64,000 bases of DNA from Iphione sp. A-MEVVRFRX5 (Eukaryota): positions 84,320,001-84,384,000 of the forward strand of contig OZ320315.1 of the NCBI GenBank assembly GCA_976226885.1, in the 5' to 3' direction. Below are positions 1 through 12,125 of the stretch, piece by piece (the stretch's first letter is position 1; each line of letters starts with the position of its first letter). The notes beneath the pieces are model-generated. The model saw only the letters and a program-made list of their open reading frames with translations, searched no databases and was not told where the DNA came from. Made by a program: the position numbers and the translations under genes.

Positions 1-2700
1 CATTATCGATCTACCTTTATGATCTATAATTAAATCGGCTGGTTTTCTGGATTAGGTCAATATAAGGATAGCCCCAAATAGAACTTAGAGGGGATGTAGA
101 AGTCAGACGGGCATCCATACACATTTACTTTGCCCTGTACACACGTCAATGACTGGAACACGGATAAATAAAACGTATGCGATCAGTGTGTGCTACACTG
201 ATTGTTCACCATTCAAGTGTTGCTGCTGAACAAAAAAACCCATAAAACATACTTTAATTAATAAGTCATGACGCTTGAAGAGACCATATAAACATGAATG
301 AAATGGCCTTTTCATAATGTAGATTGGGTGGCAGGCTCACTCAGAAGCTTTTCACTGCGCACATCTTGTGTATGCTGTCATCACTAAACAGTGCGTTCAG
401 TGTAGATGGAAAAACACGCACACATTTAGTAAAACTGAATGCAGATACAGATTAAATCTACAGTGACGAGATAAAAAGAGAACGAATGAGACAGAGATAG
501 AACAGACAGACAACTAAACATTTGGACAGACATGAAGACAGAATTCGAGGTAAAGAGAGAAGAGACAAATAGCTGGATCAGAGAATCACCAAAAGGTCTC
601 CTTAGGTAATTCCTGATTCTGCGTCAATATAACCACATTTTCCTATCAGTTCCTTCGTGAAGCCATGGAGGGATAAAGGCATTATTTTATGGGTCTCCTC
701 CACGCGGTCATCCAATCGACGTAATCGACGTGGAGAGCGTTCGTCAACGGTACGAAAATGCTGATATAAACATCGGAACCTCGGTCATGCATATACCTGG
801 CCAAGATTGAATGCCAATGGCCGGCAGGTGACGAAAGTTAATGGGCGAAATGTGATCAAAATTTTATTACCCCAGCATTCTATAGATCATGCAATATGCT
901 CATACCAACTGGGGCATTATCCAATATGGAGGGACTGGCCCTGCGGGATATGGTGGTGCTGTTTGGTAACAAACTGGTGGGAATTTTGTTTGAAACTGCA
1001 AAGGGATTGATAAATACCATGATTGGCATCAAGTTGATGCTCATGACTTGAATTACACTTACATGTACTTGCAGTGCAATAACTTTCGATGTTTCATTTC
1101 TGTTAACATCAATATCTACTTTATTAAGCCTGGAAGAAACTAAACAAACTCACGTGTTACTGGGTGTTGTCAACTGTTTGGTTATTGCGGAAGAAAGCAG
1201 ACAAAGAAATGAAGGTGGATTGAGGCAAACATTGGTTTGAGAGCGACCAAATGCTGAGAAGGGTCTTGTCTGTCACTTGACAGACATGAATACATGAATT
1301 GGACATGAATTTGATGTGCAGGAGCAATTATATTCCTTAATCTCTTCAGCAGCAACGATATCCATGCTTAACATATACCCTTTTCTTTCATAGAAAATAG
1401 TGCATGAAATATCATCAACGTACGTGAGAAAAATTGGATGCCTTTTTGGTGGAAAACGGCAATATCAGACGAAACTGTTGTTATTTCAGTAAGAGATCAC
1501 AAATGGAAAATTTTAACAAAACAAGGTATGGTTAAAAAACAAACCGACCTCGACAATCCATCATGCCTGCACAGGGGACATCGGTATCGCATCAACACTT
1601 CAGTATACACAACAAACATTCAAAACAGGCCCAAAAAGCCGGGGATCACTCCTCTCCAGATCCGCGCCTCTCTGTCCTCACATCGAGCGGCAAGGATCAG
1701 CTTAGGACAGGAAAAACAACATCGGTGGCGACAGCTTGACTAAGGTTTGGGTTTTAACAGCCTGGCTTTTGTGTTACAAGTAAACACAAGTCGCTGTCTA
1801 CCTTTGGCCTCGGTGCTGTCGCTATCTGGTGCGCACAGGTGTTACAGACTGGGCACTCTGTCAAAGGTGCCTCTAATGCTACTTGGTACGAATGGGCAGC
1901 ACTGGGCATTTCTCTAATACGTCCTAACCTAAATTCCAGTAGAAAAAATACACTGGTCCATCAACGGTCCAATCTCCGCTTCTCTCTGCGGCGTGATGAC
2001 AAGTGTTACTGGTATTTACAGCACAGCGTTGAGCTACTGTTATGCATGATGGAGACAATTTGATGTTGCCTTATCACCTATAAACTACATACGGAAGAGT
2101 GTGTAAAATTACATACATGTGTGCATGTAGCATGTGCTGTACCACTCACTACAGCCCATTACACATGTGGACGTACATGTACATCTATACAGCAGGCAGA
2201 GTTGGCCACTTGTCATATGGGAGGCTCAACATGAGGTAGCGATGGATACAAAACGAACAATGGATGGCCAATTATTTTGGTCTATATGACATATCTAACT
2301 TATATATCTAATGTACATATAATATCGAAAAAAGTCGATGTTCGCCGCCCATTTATTTCATTTCATTTCATTTCATTGTATCTTTTACCGGGAATATATT
2401 CACCTATCATTAGTGAACTATTCCTTCATCGTTCTGATCGTCTCCTCGCCCCTTGCCATAGGGATACTGGCCAAACGACTCATAGCTATGATGGAACCAG
2501 CTAGTTAACACACGTTTAGTCTTGGCTAAGTAGACTGAGCACTGAGTATATTTTATGTCATATTACAGCTATAAAAAGGGTAGTCTATCTTATAGCCGAT
2601 GTATCTCCCACACCTGTTCTCTGTCCTCGATATGATAAATTGTGCAGATAGAGTTACTGGGAGCTGGCGGCTGTCTTTAATCAAAGTGTATTGTCCTTAC

Positions 2701-2756
2701 CTCCCCGATGAGGCATACCGTTTTTTGTGAAATCTTTTGTTTCTACGTGTACTCAC
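2701..2756 (-). other. Candidate recursive-splicing exon (RS-exon), 56 nt
   Basis: Minus strand: ctatttaatcttttttcttttcaatttcag|GTGAGTACACG...ATGCCTCATCGGGGAG|gtaagg. A branch-like TTTAAT, a long Y-tract and CAG are followed directly by the donor consensus GTGAGT. A second donor GAG|GTAAGG lies 56 nt downstream. An internal ATG at 2716 gives MPHRG plus 1 nt. Confidence 0.6.
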
Positions 2757-4010
2757 CTGAAATTGAAAAGAAAAAAGATTAAATAGCACGGTGGTTTTAT
2801 TAAACACTCCGTTCTGTTGAGAAAAAAGGATTGTGCACTGTATACAATGTACATGCAGCAGTTTATTCAAAGTGATTGGATTTTAAGAGCATATCTCCAT
2901 ACATTACATGTGGTATGGATGCGTTTACAGTCAAGATACCTATGCATCTACGTTTGCATATCATAAACAGAATCTGTGCCTGTCTTTATCAGTTCATGGT
3001 CATCAGAGTAGATTTGTACACCGTATGTTGATGTAAATAATTGCTGCTAGCAAATGTATATATGCAGATACAGAAAGCCAGTAATATATATGTATATATG
3101 TCACTACCCAGCCCGGGACGTGCTGGGTCTATCATAACAGTGAATATAATTGTTCTCTGACGATTAATTGCTTTGCCTCCGGGGAGATTTGAATGCTTCT
3201 AATGCCTGTGGACTACAGAGCTACAATCAGCCTTCTTTTCGTGGGTGCACGGCAATAGTAATATAGCGCTCCTAATATTCAAGAGACAAAATCTTTTAAA
3301 TCAAAATAGATGTGGAGTACATATCGAGTGACAAAGGCCCAACTAGAACAATTACTTAGGAACCTCCATTAAGGATGAAACTGAAGAACTCAGAGTCAGT
3401 ATTAATTAAAAGGCGTAGTCCTCGTCTAAGTCTATGGCATGGTTATTCTCTCCTGTTGAAAGTAATAGAATACGAGTCCAAATGGTTGAAGGACCGGGAC
3501 AGTAATATATGATGAAATATGCTGCTTGGGCACGCAGCATCTCAGTATTTCAATGTATATGACTGAAATGAAATTTTGCACACCCTGTTACAACATACAC
3601 GCAAGCAAGCACGCATATCCAGAGAAGCACATGAATACATGTATATAAATGTAGAATTTTATGGACATACACACATACATATATACATGTATATGCATGT
3701 ATATATGAATGAGTCAGTGTGAACATAAAAACTGAGTCTGGACGTAAGTCATTTAAACAGGACACTTTGTTTCCCTTCAGCGGTCGGCTATTCGTGGGTT
3801 ATTTTCCCCGTTGACGACCATTTGAAGGCTTGCCAACGCTGACCATATCAGTTGCGTGACCTTCCGACTATAAGCGATCGGCGCGCCCCACCGCGCTCCC
3901 ACCCAGGGTGGCTACACCATTCGACACCTTGACGACTAGAGGCCATCAGCCGCTGGCGTCCAGGTGAGATGTCATGTCACCTCACCATGCCACTAGCCAC
4001 ACCTGCACTT

Positions 4011-4032
4011 TGACCTCCTCCCCCAAAGGTCA
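4011..4032. promoter_or_regulatory. Everted nuclear-receptor half-sites (TGACCT-N10-AGGTCA) including a perfect NBRE AAAGGTCA
   Basis: TGACCTCC-TCCCCC-AAAGGTCA inside a CpG-rich segment at about 3870-4190. Confidence 0.3.
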
Positions 4033-4671
4033 ACGACGGAGGTCGCGCAGTCGCTCGCCGACGGTTGGCGCTTGACCGGGGGGGCGTGGCGTCTCGAGGG
4101 CGACCATCATGGACGCAGACATCACCTCAATCCTCACAGACACGCCTTGCTCGCATGTCCGACACATGCGCTAAGAGCGGCCATTAAGGCTTAAATGGTG
4201 CTCGGCAAAATGAGTTTCTTGATGAACAACTTGAGACGGAAATGGCAGCCTCTAATCAACCTTGTGTCAGTGCGTGACTGACGAGATAAACCGTTTACTT
4301 CCTGTCCGCAGGGATGGTTTCTCATGTGATTAAAATAACTCAACGTTAATGACAGTATTTCTACTGTATTAGGTTTTAGCTCTGCCTCCTTGAAATATCT
4401 CCATTTCGTCTGCATTCAACTCGAAAAAATAAGAGACTGTAGAAATACTGTGTTCATCCATTTTCATCTGGGGATATTGTTGTTCTGATTGGTAATCTCG
4501 GAGATCTTAGTAGAAGTCCTATCATGCCTTCTATCTGGCTAAGCTTCCGATGTCTTACAGAGACAGAATTACAATAAACCACCTTCAAGGAAATTAATCT
4601 TCATGCACGAAGCCTCCTTCTCCTGCAGATGCATTTCGTCAGTCCTACTGTGACTCTGTGTGTGAGTGAGC

Positions 4672-4691
4672 GTGTGTGTGTGTGTGTGTGT
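4672..4691. repeat. (GT)10 microsatellite
   Basis: Direct reading. Confidence 0.95.
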
Positions 4692-5203
4692 AAGTTAGCG
4701 TGTGGGGGTACGGGCCTGCCGTGATCACAGCTCCGTGAGTGCTAGGCCACGATTATCTCTCCGGCCATGCTGGGCCGACAGTAAATTTCCTACCTCAAAT
4801 ACGAGGAGCATCTCGTCGCCCGACCCGGGATATGGCCCGGCACAGCCATCTGTGTGTTCGACCTGCTGCTCAGTCTCTTCCTAGTTGCTCCACTACTGCT
4901 CACTTAAGGTCAACAACCATAAGCTCAACCTTTACTTAAGACACACATATCGACGGTCAATAACATTTTTGTGGTAAATTGCAAGCGAACACGAATTGAA
5001 CTAAACCCAGACGGACATGGAATGTCCTTCAATTATTTGCAAATCAATGCTTTTAATCACCAGGCAAAAATGCAATAGAGACACGATACGAACCAGCGAA
5101 TAGGGGAAGTGGCCCTTTTTTGTCCAGCAACGTACAAGATTCTAGGGAATGGGAACTAATCAAGACTGGAATGTATTTCAAGATGACGATGATTGTCACA
5201 GCC

Positions 5204-5217
5204 GTCGCCATGGCGAC
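5204..5217. promoter_or_regulatory. RFX X-box (perfect palindrome GTCGCCATGGCGAC)
   Basis: 14-bp perfect palindrome matching the X-box consensus, in a CpG-rich segment. Confidence 0.6.
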
Positions 5218-5462
5218 CATGAGAGGTGTCCTTCGGAGACGAGAACGGTATCAGCTGACGTCTCCCGGCATGCACCTCTCCTCCGGCAGGCAGACGCCAG
5301 GAGTATTGACAGGCCCGCCTGTCCGTCGCATGTCGAGCAGGAACAGCATGTGAACGCACGTCATGTTTCAAAGAGACATCAACATGTGGGAGCGAGCCAG
5401 CCGCCGTAACTCATGTCAATGACGGACTCTGGCGCAGCGTTAAGCTCATGTAACGAGCGTAA

Positions 5463-6091
5463 GGCCCGGTTTCCTTATGTGCGTAGCCATGCGTGCGTTG
5501 CGGTGCGGGAAACGCACCCATTTTATGGTCATGCTTATTTTAATATGGGATGTTCCTTATCTGCGGAGAGCTGCGGCTGCGGAGAGCTGCGGAGAGCTGC
5601 GGTGCCCGTTTTCGGACCGTTCCCGTAAATTTCACGCACATGCACAGCAACGCACCTGTATATCTTCATTTTGACTCACTTTGGCTCATTTTGACTCACT
5701 TTTGGATGTTGATACCACACATATCCGCACATTTCCGCACAACGCGGTTTTTTTCCCGAATTTTTACGCACATTTTTGCCATTTTTTCGGCCAAATTTGC
5801 ATGAAATATGCGTTGTTCGGGACAATTTGCATGAAATTTGCCGTTTTTGGCCGAATTTGCATGAAATATGCGTTTTTCGGGACAGTTTGCATGGAATTTG
5901 CCGTTTTTCGGCAGTTTTTTTCCGTTTTTTTCATATTTTCTAGTCATATACGCACACAAACGCACGCATGGTTTGAGGACACCCCTCTGCGTTGCTGTGC
6001 GGTGAAAGCACAACGCATCCAAACGCACTGGGAACGCACGCAGACCTCTCCGCAGCTCGCCGCATACCACCGCACGTAAGGAAACCGGGCC
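5463..6091. mobile_element. Non-autonomous PIF/Harbinger-type DNA transposon (MITE), 629 bp
   Basis: Left end GGCCCGGTTTCCTTATGTGCG (5463-5483) and right end CGCACGTAAGGAAACCGGGCC (6071-6091) form a 21-bp TIR with one mismatch. TAA flanks both sides (5460-5462, 6092-6094). Subterminal GCGGAGAGCTGCGG repeats are present. No transposase ORF. Confidence 0.9.
5796..5914. repeat. Four 30-bp tandem units (ABAB) inside the MITE
   Basis: Units start with TTTGCATG at 5796, 5826, 5856 and 5886. Units 1 and 3 are near-identical, as are units 2 and 4. The repetitive ORFs at 5681-6079 and 5696-6226 derive from this repeat. Confidence 0.9.
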
Positions 6092-6978
6092 TAAAGGTTG
6101 GTCAGGATTGACGTTTGGAGCCTCGCATTTAATTCGAATGCCTGAGGACGGGGGGCCCATCACAGGAAAGACAGTGCGAAACATCGTTATCCAACAGAAA
6201 CCGATGTGAAATTGATATATCCTCATGACGGTATGCCCTTTCCTTAACGAACCGTACTCTCTACATTTAGTCCTTACAACGAATCAGCTTATGATTGATG
6301 ACTATCACGGACATTCCTCTAATGGCAAGAGTAGTTGAATTTTTAATATAATGTATTGCGTTACCTATTAATAGAGAATGATGGGTGTCGACTGATTAGG
6401 TTGTTGAGCAATGTCTACCTTCTAACGGCGCAAAAGCAACAGTAGAACCCAGACATTTAGTCCGGTTAACATTTTGGTGGATAACACTAAACAATGTATA
6501 TCAAAGAGACAAATCACCCCCTGAAAATATCATATCTCTTGTTCTATTTTGATGATTAATAGGGTATTGCTTTACACATGTTCACATGTGCTGTTAATTC
6601 TTAAACATATATAGGCGTATAAAACTGCCATGTCTTTTTTTTTTACCGAGAAGTTAATGAAGGATAGGTAAGTGTCGAGTAGGTTGGAGGCCGTCAGAAT
6701 TTCTCCTCCACTAGCATTGAAACGTGGCCAGATCGAATTGAGTTGATGACTTTAAACCGATCGCAGTTATCCAAGCCCCTTCACCTTAATTAATACTCGT
6801 CGCCGTCCAGACCATTGGAGGTTATGGAGATGTGTGTTGCGGAGCCGCTGTGTGGAAACACAGAACGTAAACTTTCTTTACGTCATGCCCGTAGTCTGAG
6901 ACGTAAGCGCGTCCTGGCGGATGGATCTAGCAACATAATCACATGTCTAGACCCCTCCCTTCCGCTTCCGCTGCTCTC

Positions 6979-6993
6979 GTTGCCATTGGTAAC
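6979..6993. promoter_or_regulatory. RFX X-box (GTTGCC-ATT-GGTAAC)
   Basis: Both half-sites match the consensus, with a 3-nt spacer. Confidence 0.55.
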
Positions 6994-7477
6994 GCGTCCG
7001 TGTTAATATCCTCTCCGTAGGCAATATGCGCGCAGCCTTTCTGTAAATACCTCAATCAGAGGGATTTTCTGAGCGAGGTGGGGACTCGTCGCATTAGGCG
7101 CTACTCCAGCGAGGGCCCCCCGACCAGGCGCCTGGCCGGGCCTCTCGGGGAGCGCCAGCCGGGCGCCACGCCCAGGGAAAGACCCGCCACCGACGCCCGC
7201 TAAAGGCTGTGGAATTCATAGCTGAGGACGGCTGCTGTGGGGCGAACCGGGGCAGAGTATGGCGCCAAAATCGCCGGGGCGCAAATCGCCCTGGCTCTGC
7301 GCCTGTCAATCGAGTGCTAATACGAGATCGGGGGGGGGGGGGGCGGGGGGGGGGAGAGGGCGACCGGCAGAGCTGCATTTACACACGTCTCCCAATGAAA
7401 GCGGGCATTAACTGGCTCTGGCTCGCCAGAGGCGCGCCGGCAGCGGGGGAGAGGAGGACAGCGGAAGCCTTCCTTAC

Positions 7478-7721
7478 CTGGCGGCTGGCAACTTGTTGAC
7501 CTTGCTGTCATAATCACAGCCGCCGGCTGAGGACCCTTCAGAGATAACACCCAGAAATGAGGCGGCCCCCGCGAATAGATGGCTGGCGAGGCCGACCGAC
7601 CTGCCGCATCCCTCGATGTGTCAGATGACAGGAAGTAGGCGCCAACATTCTGTGTGGATACTTTACTAATCTCAGCAATTAAAATGCCAACCTCCGTGCG
7701 GCTCCGACCAAAAGCTATCAT
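7478..7721 (-). CDS. Candidate alternative first coding exon, product unknown (MTARSTSCQPP from the ATG at 7511, or 81 aa from the ATG at 7721), phase-1 end
   Basis: The frame is open from ATG 7721 through ATG 7511 to the strong donor CCAG|GTAAGG. GC/CpG-rich context. No recognisable homology. Confidence 0.3.
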
Positions 7722-8643
7722 AGAAACTGTCCATTAAGCTACAAACAATGCAAGGATCTTGTCTGCTGATCATATCGACATTGTACTTCTGAAAGAGGTA
7801 GAATATAGGTTATGAAGCTTATTATGGCGCCCTGTAGTAGGAGTCATTTTGCTTCGAGTAAATATAAGGAACAAGCGAGCAACAGATGTTTATGATACGT
7901 ACTCCACACAGACTTACGAGAGATGCTTATGACTGCATTACCATTGAACATCATGCCCAATACATGTACATGTACATCTATTAAGATAAGTTTCTTGTAT
8001 GTATATGTAATATCCTGATCCTGGCAATGCTGCCTGGTTGGTGCACGTTAGCCTCGCTCTGTGACCCGATTTGATTTATAAAATATACTTATGATTCTAT
8101 TACTATCGGAGATCATGTCCAATTGTAGATATTTCCCTATTCGTGTACATGTATAGCTGTATATTACTTATGTCAGAAATTCGACACGGAGTTCAAGCAT
8201 GAGCTGTAAGACGAAGGCGAAGGTAAGACTCACATTGCTGTCTCTTATAAAATCCACATCGCACTCATCCTCGTACAGATGTGTACTTTCCACTTCCGAG
8301 TGCCGAACATTCATCGGTTAAGTCGCAAATATTGGAGCGCCCGCTGGGTTTATAGAGAAGCGACCGTCGGTGGATCGTTAAAGTCCTCCGGCAACCCCCT
8401 AGCTCCGAAATAACAATAGCCGTCCACACCAGAGCCCTGCTTCCTGTCTACTGCCAGCGACTAATTTCGCCCTCGTCTTCTAGCTATCCCCTTCCCCTGC
8501 CTTCTCGCTCTTCGCTGCCGTGCAATCCTCGAGCCCAAATTACTGGCTTCACAATAGTGTCGGTTATAATGGCCTCTGCAAGCTTCCTCCGCCCCCTCTT
8601 CTTGCCATCTCAGAAAACGACAGAAAAAGGGGGAGCGCCACCC

Positions 8644-8657
8644 GTTGCCATGACAAC
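8644..8657. promoter_or_regulatory. RFX X-box (GTTGCCATGACAAC)
   Basis: One base from the canonical GTTGCCATGGCAAC, in a CpG-rich segment at about 8330-8700. Confidence 0.65.
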
Positions 8658-9082
8658 CGTAGACCCCTACAGGTGTTCTTTTTGGCGGAAATCAATTTCA
8701 TGCGAGATGTGCAAAAATACCAAGGCAACTTTGGGGCGATTTTTTTTCGCTGAGATTACTTAAGTAAACCAAGTCGACCTTCCCTACTCGTGCCATTGTG
8801 AAGCAAAAAGCATGAATAATGGCCATTATTTGTCGTACTGTTCAACGCGCCTGATATGTTACATTTTAATGGTGACGAGGACTGGAGGGCAATTTTAACG
8901 GGTCAATTTGAACAAGTTGACGATGCCTATTTCGTGCGCGGTGAGCAAGAAAACTAGCATCGGGCGTTGAGTGATGCAGTTGGCCTGGCACCTGGTCAAG
9001 CGTGTCCGCTGACGCGTGCACGGCTTTAACGGCCCGCCGGTTAGTAGATCGGCAGGTGGAAAGCATTGCACCTACTTCTTAC

Positions 9083-9400
9083 CTGAACTTGCTTGGCTGG
9101 CGGCAGTGGCGGCACCTCCTGCGCGCAGAAACTAGGCTCTGCCTTCCGCTGGAGTTGTCTTTGTCTCTGCCTCAGGTGAGCACGGAGTGCGCCAACTCGT
9201 TTGTAAGCCTAGGGATGGCCCGCTTTTCTTCTATAGCATTCACTGGGAAACCTGGGTTTTGCCACCTGTGTATATGTCTGAAGTGAGGTATCCTCCGTGC
9301 GTGATAGGGGGGATGAAAAGAACTATAAGGTAAAGACTTGAGATGCGATGAGGTGCGGTGGTGTTGGCGGCGGCTGACAGGAGACTGGTGATATATGGTA
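9083..9400 (-). other. Candidate non-coding first (5' UTR) exon
   Basis: Ends at the strong donor TTCAG|GTAAGA. A CCAATCAG box lies at 9460-9467, upstream on the minus strand. Stop codons lie upstream of the donor in all three frames. The 5' boundary is approximate. Confidence 0.35.
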
Positions 9401-9481
9401 GAGCCGGCGGGCGAGTCTGATGGACGGAGACAAGATGCGGCCACAATCAGCCACCTCCGCCAATCAGGTGTGCTCCCTCAC

Positions 9482-9720
9482 CTCCGCTCACCGCCTGACT
9501 CTTCACGACGCCGTGGCGGCAGCGGTGGTGGTGGTGGTGGTGGTGGCGCTGCAGTAGGAGGTGGTTGTGGTGGTGGTGGTGGTGGTGGTGCGTTGGCGGC
9601 GATGAGACGGATGGTGGTAGCGTCAGCAGGAGCGCATCGCACGCGGGGGCAGAACGGCAGCGTGCGCGCTGCCTAAGTTGTCGTGCGACAGACTGAGTGT
9701 CGCGACGTGTAGCGCATCAA
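9482..9720 (-). other. Candidate non-coding first exon in a CpG island, containing (ACC)n tracts
   Basis: Tandem donors GAG|GTGAGG (exon end 9482) and GCG|GTGAGC (9492). Very GC/CpG-rich. The 5' boundary is approximate. Confidence 0.35.
9524..9590. repeat. (GGT)n trinucleotide tracts
   Basis: Two (GGT)7 runs. They account for the poly-Gly stretch in ORF 9395-9676. Confidence 0.95.
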
Positions 9721-12125
9721 CGAGACAATACACGCACACACATAGCGAGCACTGGCGCCACCACCCCCTCCCTCCCCATCTTTTTACGATGTGTGTATAT
9801 TTACCTCGCTAAGGACAGGTGACGTACAACACGACGAGTAATTACACATGTCAGACCCAATCTACTTCGAAATTCTCCGGAGAAGCTCACCTACCTCACG
9901 TGACTTATCACGACTCGCCCTCAAGGTGCACGACGCGCAGTTTTCGTAATTTTACAACTTTGTTTCCTAGTTTCCTCTAGACACGAATAGACCCCATCCA
10001 TTATCACTTCGTCTAGCTCACCTTGCCTACTTACGCCGCGTGTCCGCACGGGCGGCCGATGCTATATACAGTTAATGTTGATTGCCTGCCGGCTGTAAAG
10101 AATCATGTACTTATCCACTCGCGGCGACGACGCGGCGAGAACACATTATCAATGTAGCAGTCGAATCAAGTGTTTTCATCTCCCACAAAAGCCTCCCACA
10201 GCTCACACTTCCAGCAGGAATCAGAGGGGAAAGTGCGGGAGCGTGCTACAGGGCCAACTGGCGAACTACGTGCGTCGTAGCCGACGTCGCCGTGCCGACT
10301 GATTGGAGCGGTAATCAGCACACAGTAACATCGATCTGCCCGTCGTGGCACGCCAATGGTCCGCGGCGCCCGTTGCCGAGAGTTCCAACGGGGAATGGAG
10401 CTGTACTTGGAACTGGGGTGTGTAACAGGCCCTGGGCTTCTGGCGCGAGAAGAAAGAGAAAGAACGGAGGGTGGGCGTGGAGGTAGAGGGGGCCGGGCGC
10501 GGTGGCGGGGGGGGGGGTGGGTTGCCAGGAGGAATGCGATAATGTTCCGGGATTCGGTCCATCTTCTGATAGTATCATGTGATATTGACTCTACGTCAAT
10601 AACCCGCCAATATTGAAAGCGGCGCCTCCTGCCCTCAAACCCAAGGGAGATATGCACTTGTGCATTATCGCATCCTTCCTGCTCCTTCAACTCGTGTTCG
10701 GACCTACTTGCTGCTACCGTTGTACTGGTGGAGCCCCCCACCCCAACCGCCCCCTGTGCTATAGAGGCGGTTAAGGGAATGGCGTGAGGGTGGGTAGTAT
10801 TGGAGAGGGGAAGGGAAGAACTTCACTTGGATCATTCAGACAGGCATTGGGTCAATATGAGCGCACGTTGCGGCCTGTCGTGTCACCACCGCCATTCTGC
10901 CAGGGGGGCTGTCAATGACTCAAGTGCGGCTGTGCATAGTACTCAGAGTCATTCAGCAACGATGGTTTGGAGAAGCCAACCCCCACCCCGCTTCTCCATC
11001 AGGGCCTCCCGAACAGGATGGACTAATGGAAGGGGGTAGGGCAGATGGAGAGCAAACAGTGAGGAGGTGTGGGTCGGGCGAGGCTGCATCTCACGACCCT
11101 CTCCAGCAAGCTTGCGGCAAATAGTAGTGGACTGCCTGATGAGGCTCCTCCCCATTTCTCACGTCCTCCAACCATGGTCGCCTACTGTGGACATAGCGCC
11201 AGCATGCCCACTACCGAGGCTATTTAGCTGGTGTTGACTCAGCTAACCATTACAGCACAAATGAGTTTGCCACCAATATGCAGTCAAACATGTCATTGTT
11301 GAGGTGTATTAATAATGTATACACATGGGCTGTTTCGCCAGCGCACTTTTTTTTTATTTGTTTTGTTTAACCACAATTACGGATTAATCTATACACTTCC
11401 CCTAACAAAATGCAGTGCAAAGTGAACACAAGGATTTCCCTTTGTAGAAGATGGTTACACATTGCTACATATACTATGGACAAAAGCATCATTCATCCAA
11501 GCGACATGACTCAATAACTCCATATAACGCGATGACTCAAGACTATATATTACAGATACAGCCTAAACTGTACGCGTCTGTTCTCTCTTTAACTTGTGGT
11601 GAATATAACTTGGAATATTGAAGACGAGTTCCACACCCCTTTGGGGTTTTATTTAACGTTACGAGTTAAATGTGCGATGCGAGTGTGTTGCTGCCTGAGC
11701 TGTTGCATATGCGTGTTATGTACGATCTATGGGGGGAACATGTTCGATGTCGACGCCGATGTTGTCTCTCACTATTGAAAGTGTCCTAAAGCATCTTAAA
11801 AGTAGCGGCCTTCCGTCTCAAGTGTAAACTCGCCTGCTGGCAGGGAGCCCCACTATTTGGTCGGCGTCGGCAGCAGCAGCAGCGGTAGCCGCAGCCCGAT
11901 AACGATCGGTTCATTTCTTGCCGAAACCATTCCCACCGCTGACATTTCCAATATGTAGCGGGCAAGCTTTTCATTCCACTATCTGCCACTTGTATGATTG
12001 GTGATCCGGCTCGACGTGGCCGAGCGCCGCGTCGCCGGCCCGAGGAAGAGGTTCACAAGGAGATTTCCTCCTGCGCCGACTGCGAATGATGATGTCAGAT
12101 GAAGCTGACAACCTGCCGACGCTAG

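Noticed and set aside
1063-1129. Minus-strand 67-nt exon candidate (LNKVDIDVNRNETSKVIALQVH)
   Set aside because: Good splice sites, but the only open frame is entered in phase 2, inconsistent with the phase-1 first exons. The peptide is unrecognised and the donor overlaps a TACATGTA motif.
4629-4661. Plus-strand 33-nt micro-exon candidate (cag|ATGCATTTC...TGT|gtgagt)
   Set aside because: The donor arises at the edge of a (GT)n microsatellite, no partner exons are evident, and it is on the opposite strand to the dominant signal.
5681-6226. ORFs of 132 and 176 aa with repeated ICMKYA/KFHAN motifs
   Set aside because: They are translations of the 30-bp tandem repeats inside the MITE and have no transposase motifs.
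9395-9676. Poly-Gly ORF
   Set aside because: Explained by the (GGT)n microsatellite.
10166-10741. Longest ORF (191 aa, minus strand) and overlapping ORFs
   Set aside because: It starts at GTG in a GC-rich, stop-poor island, is Pro/Arg-rich and low-complexity, and has no recognisable domain or supporting splice pair.
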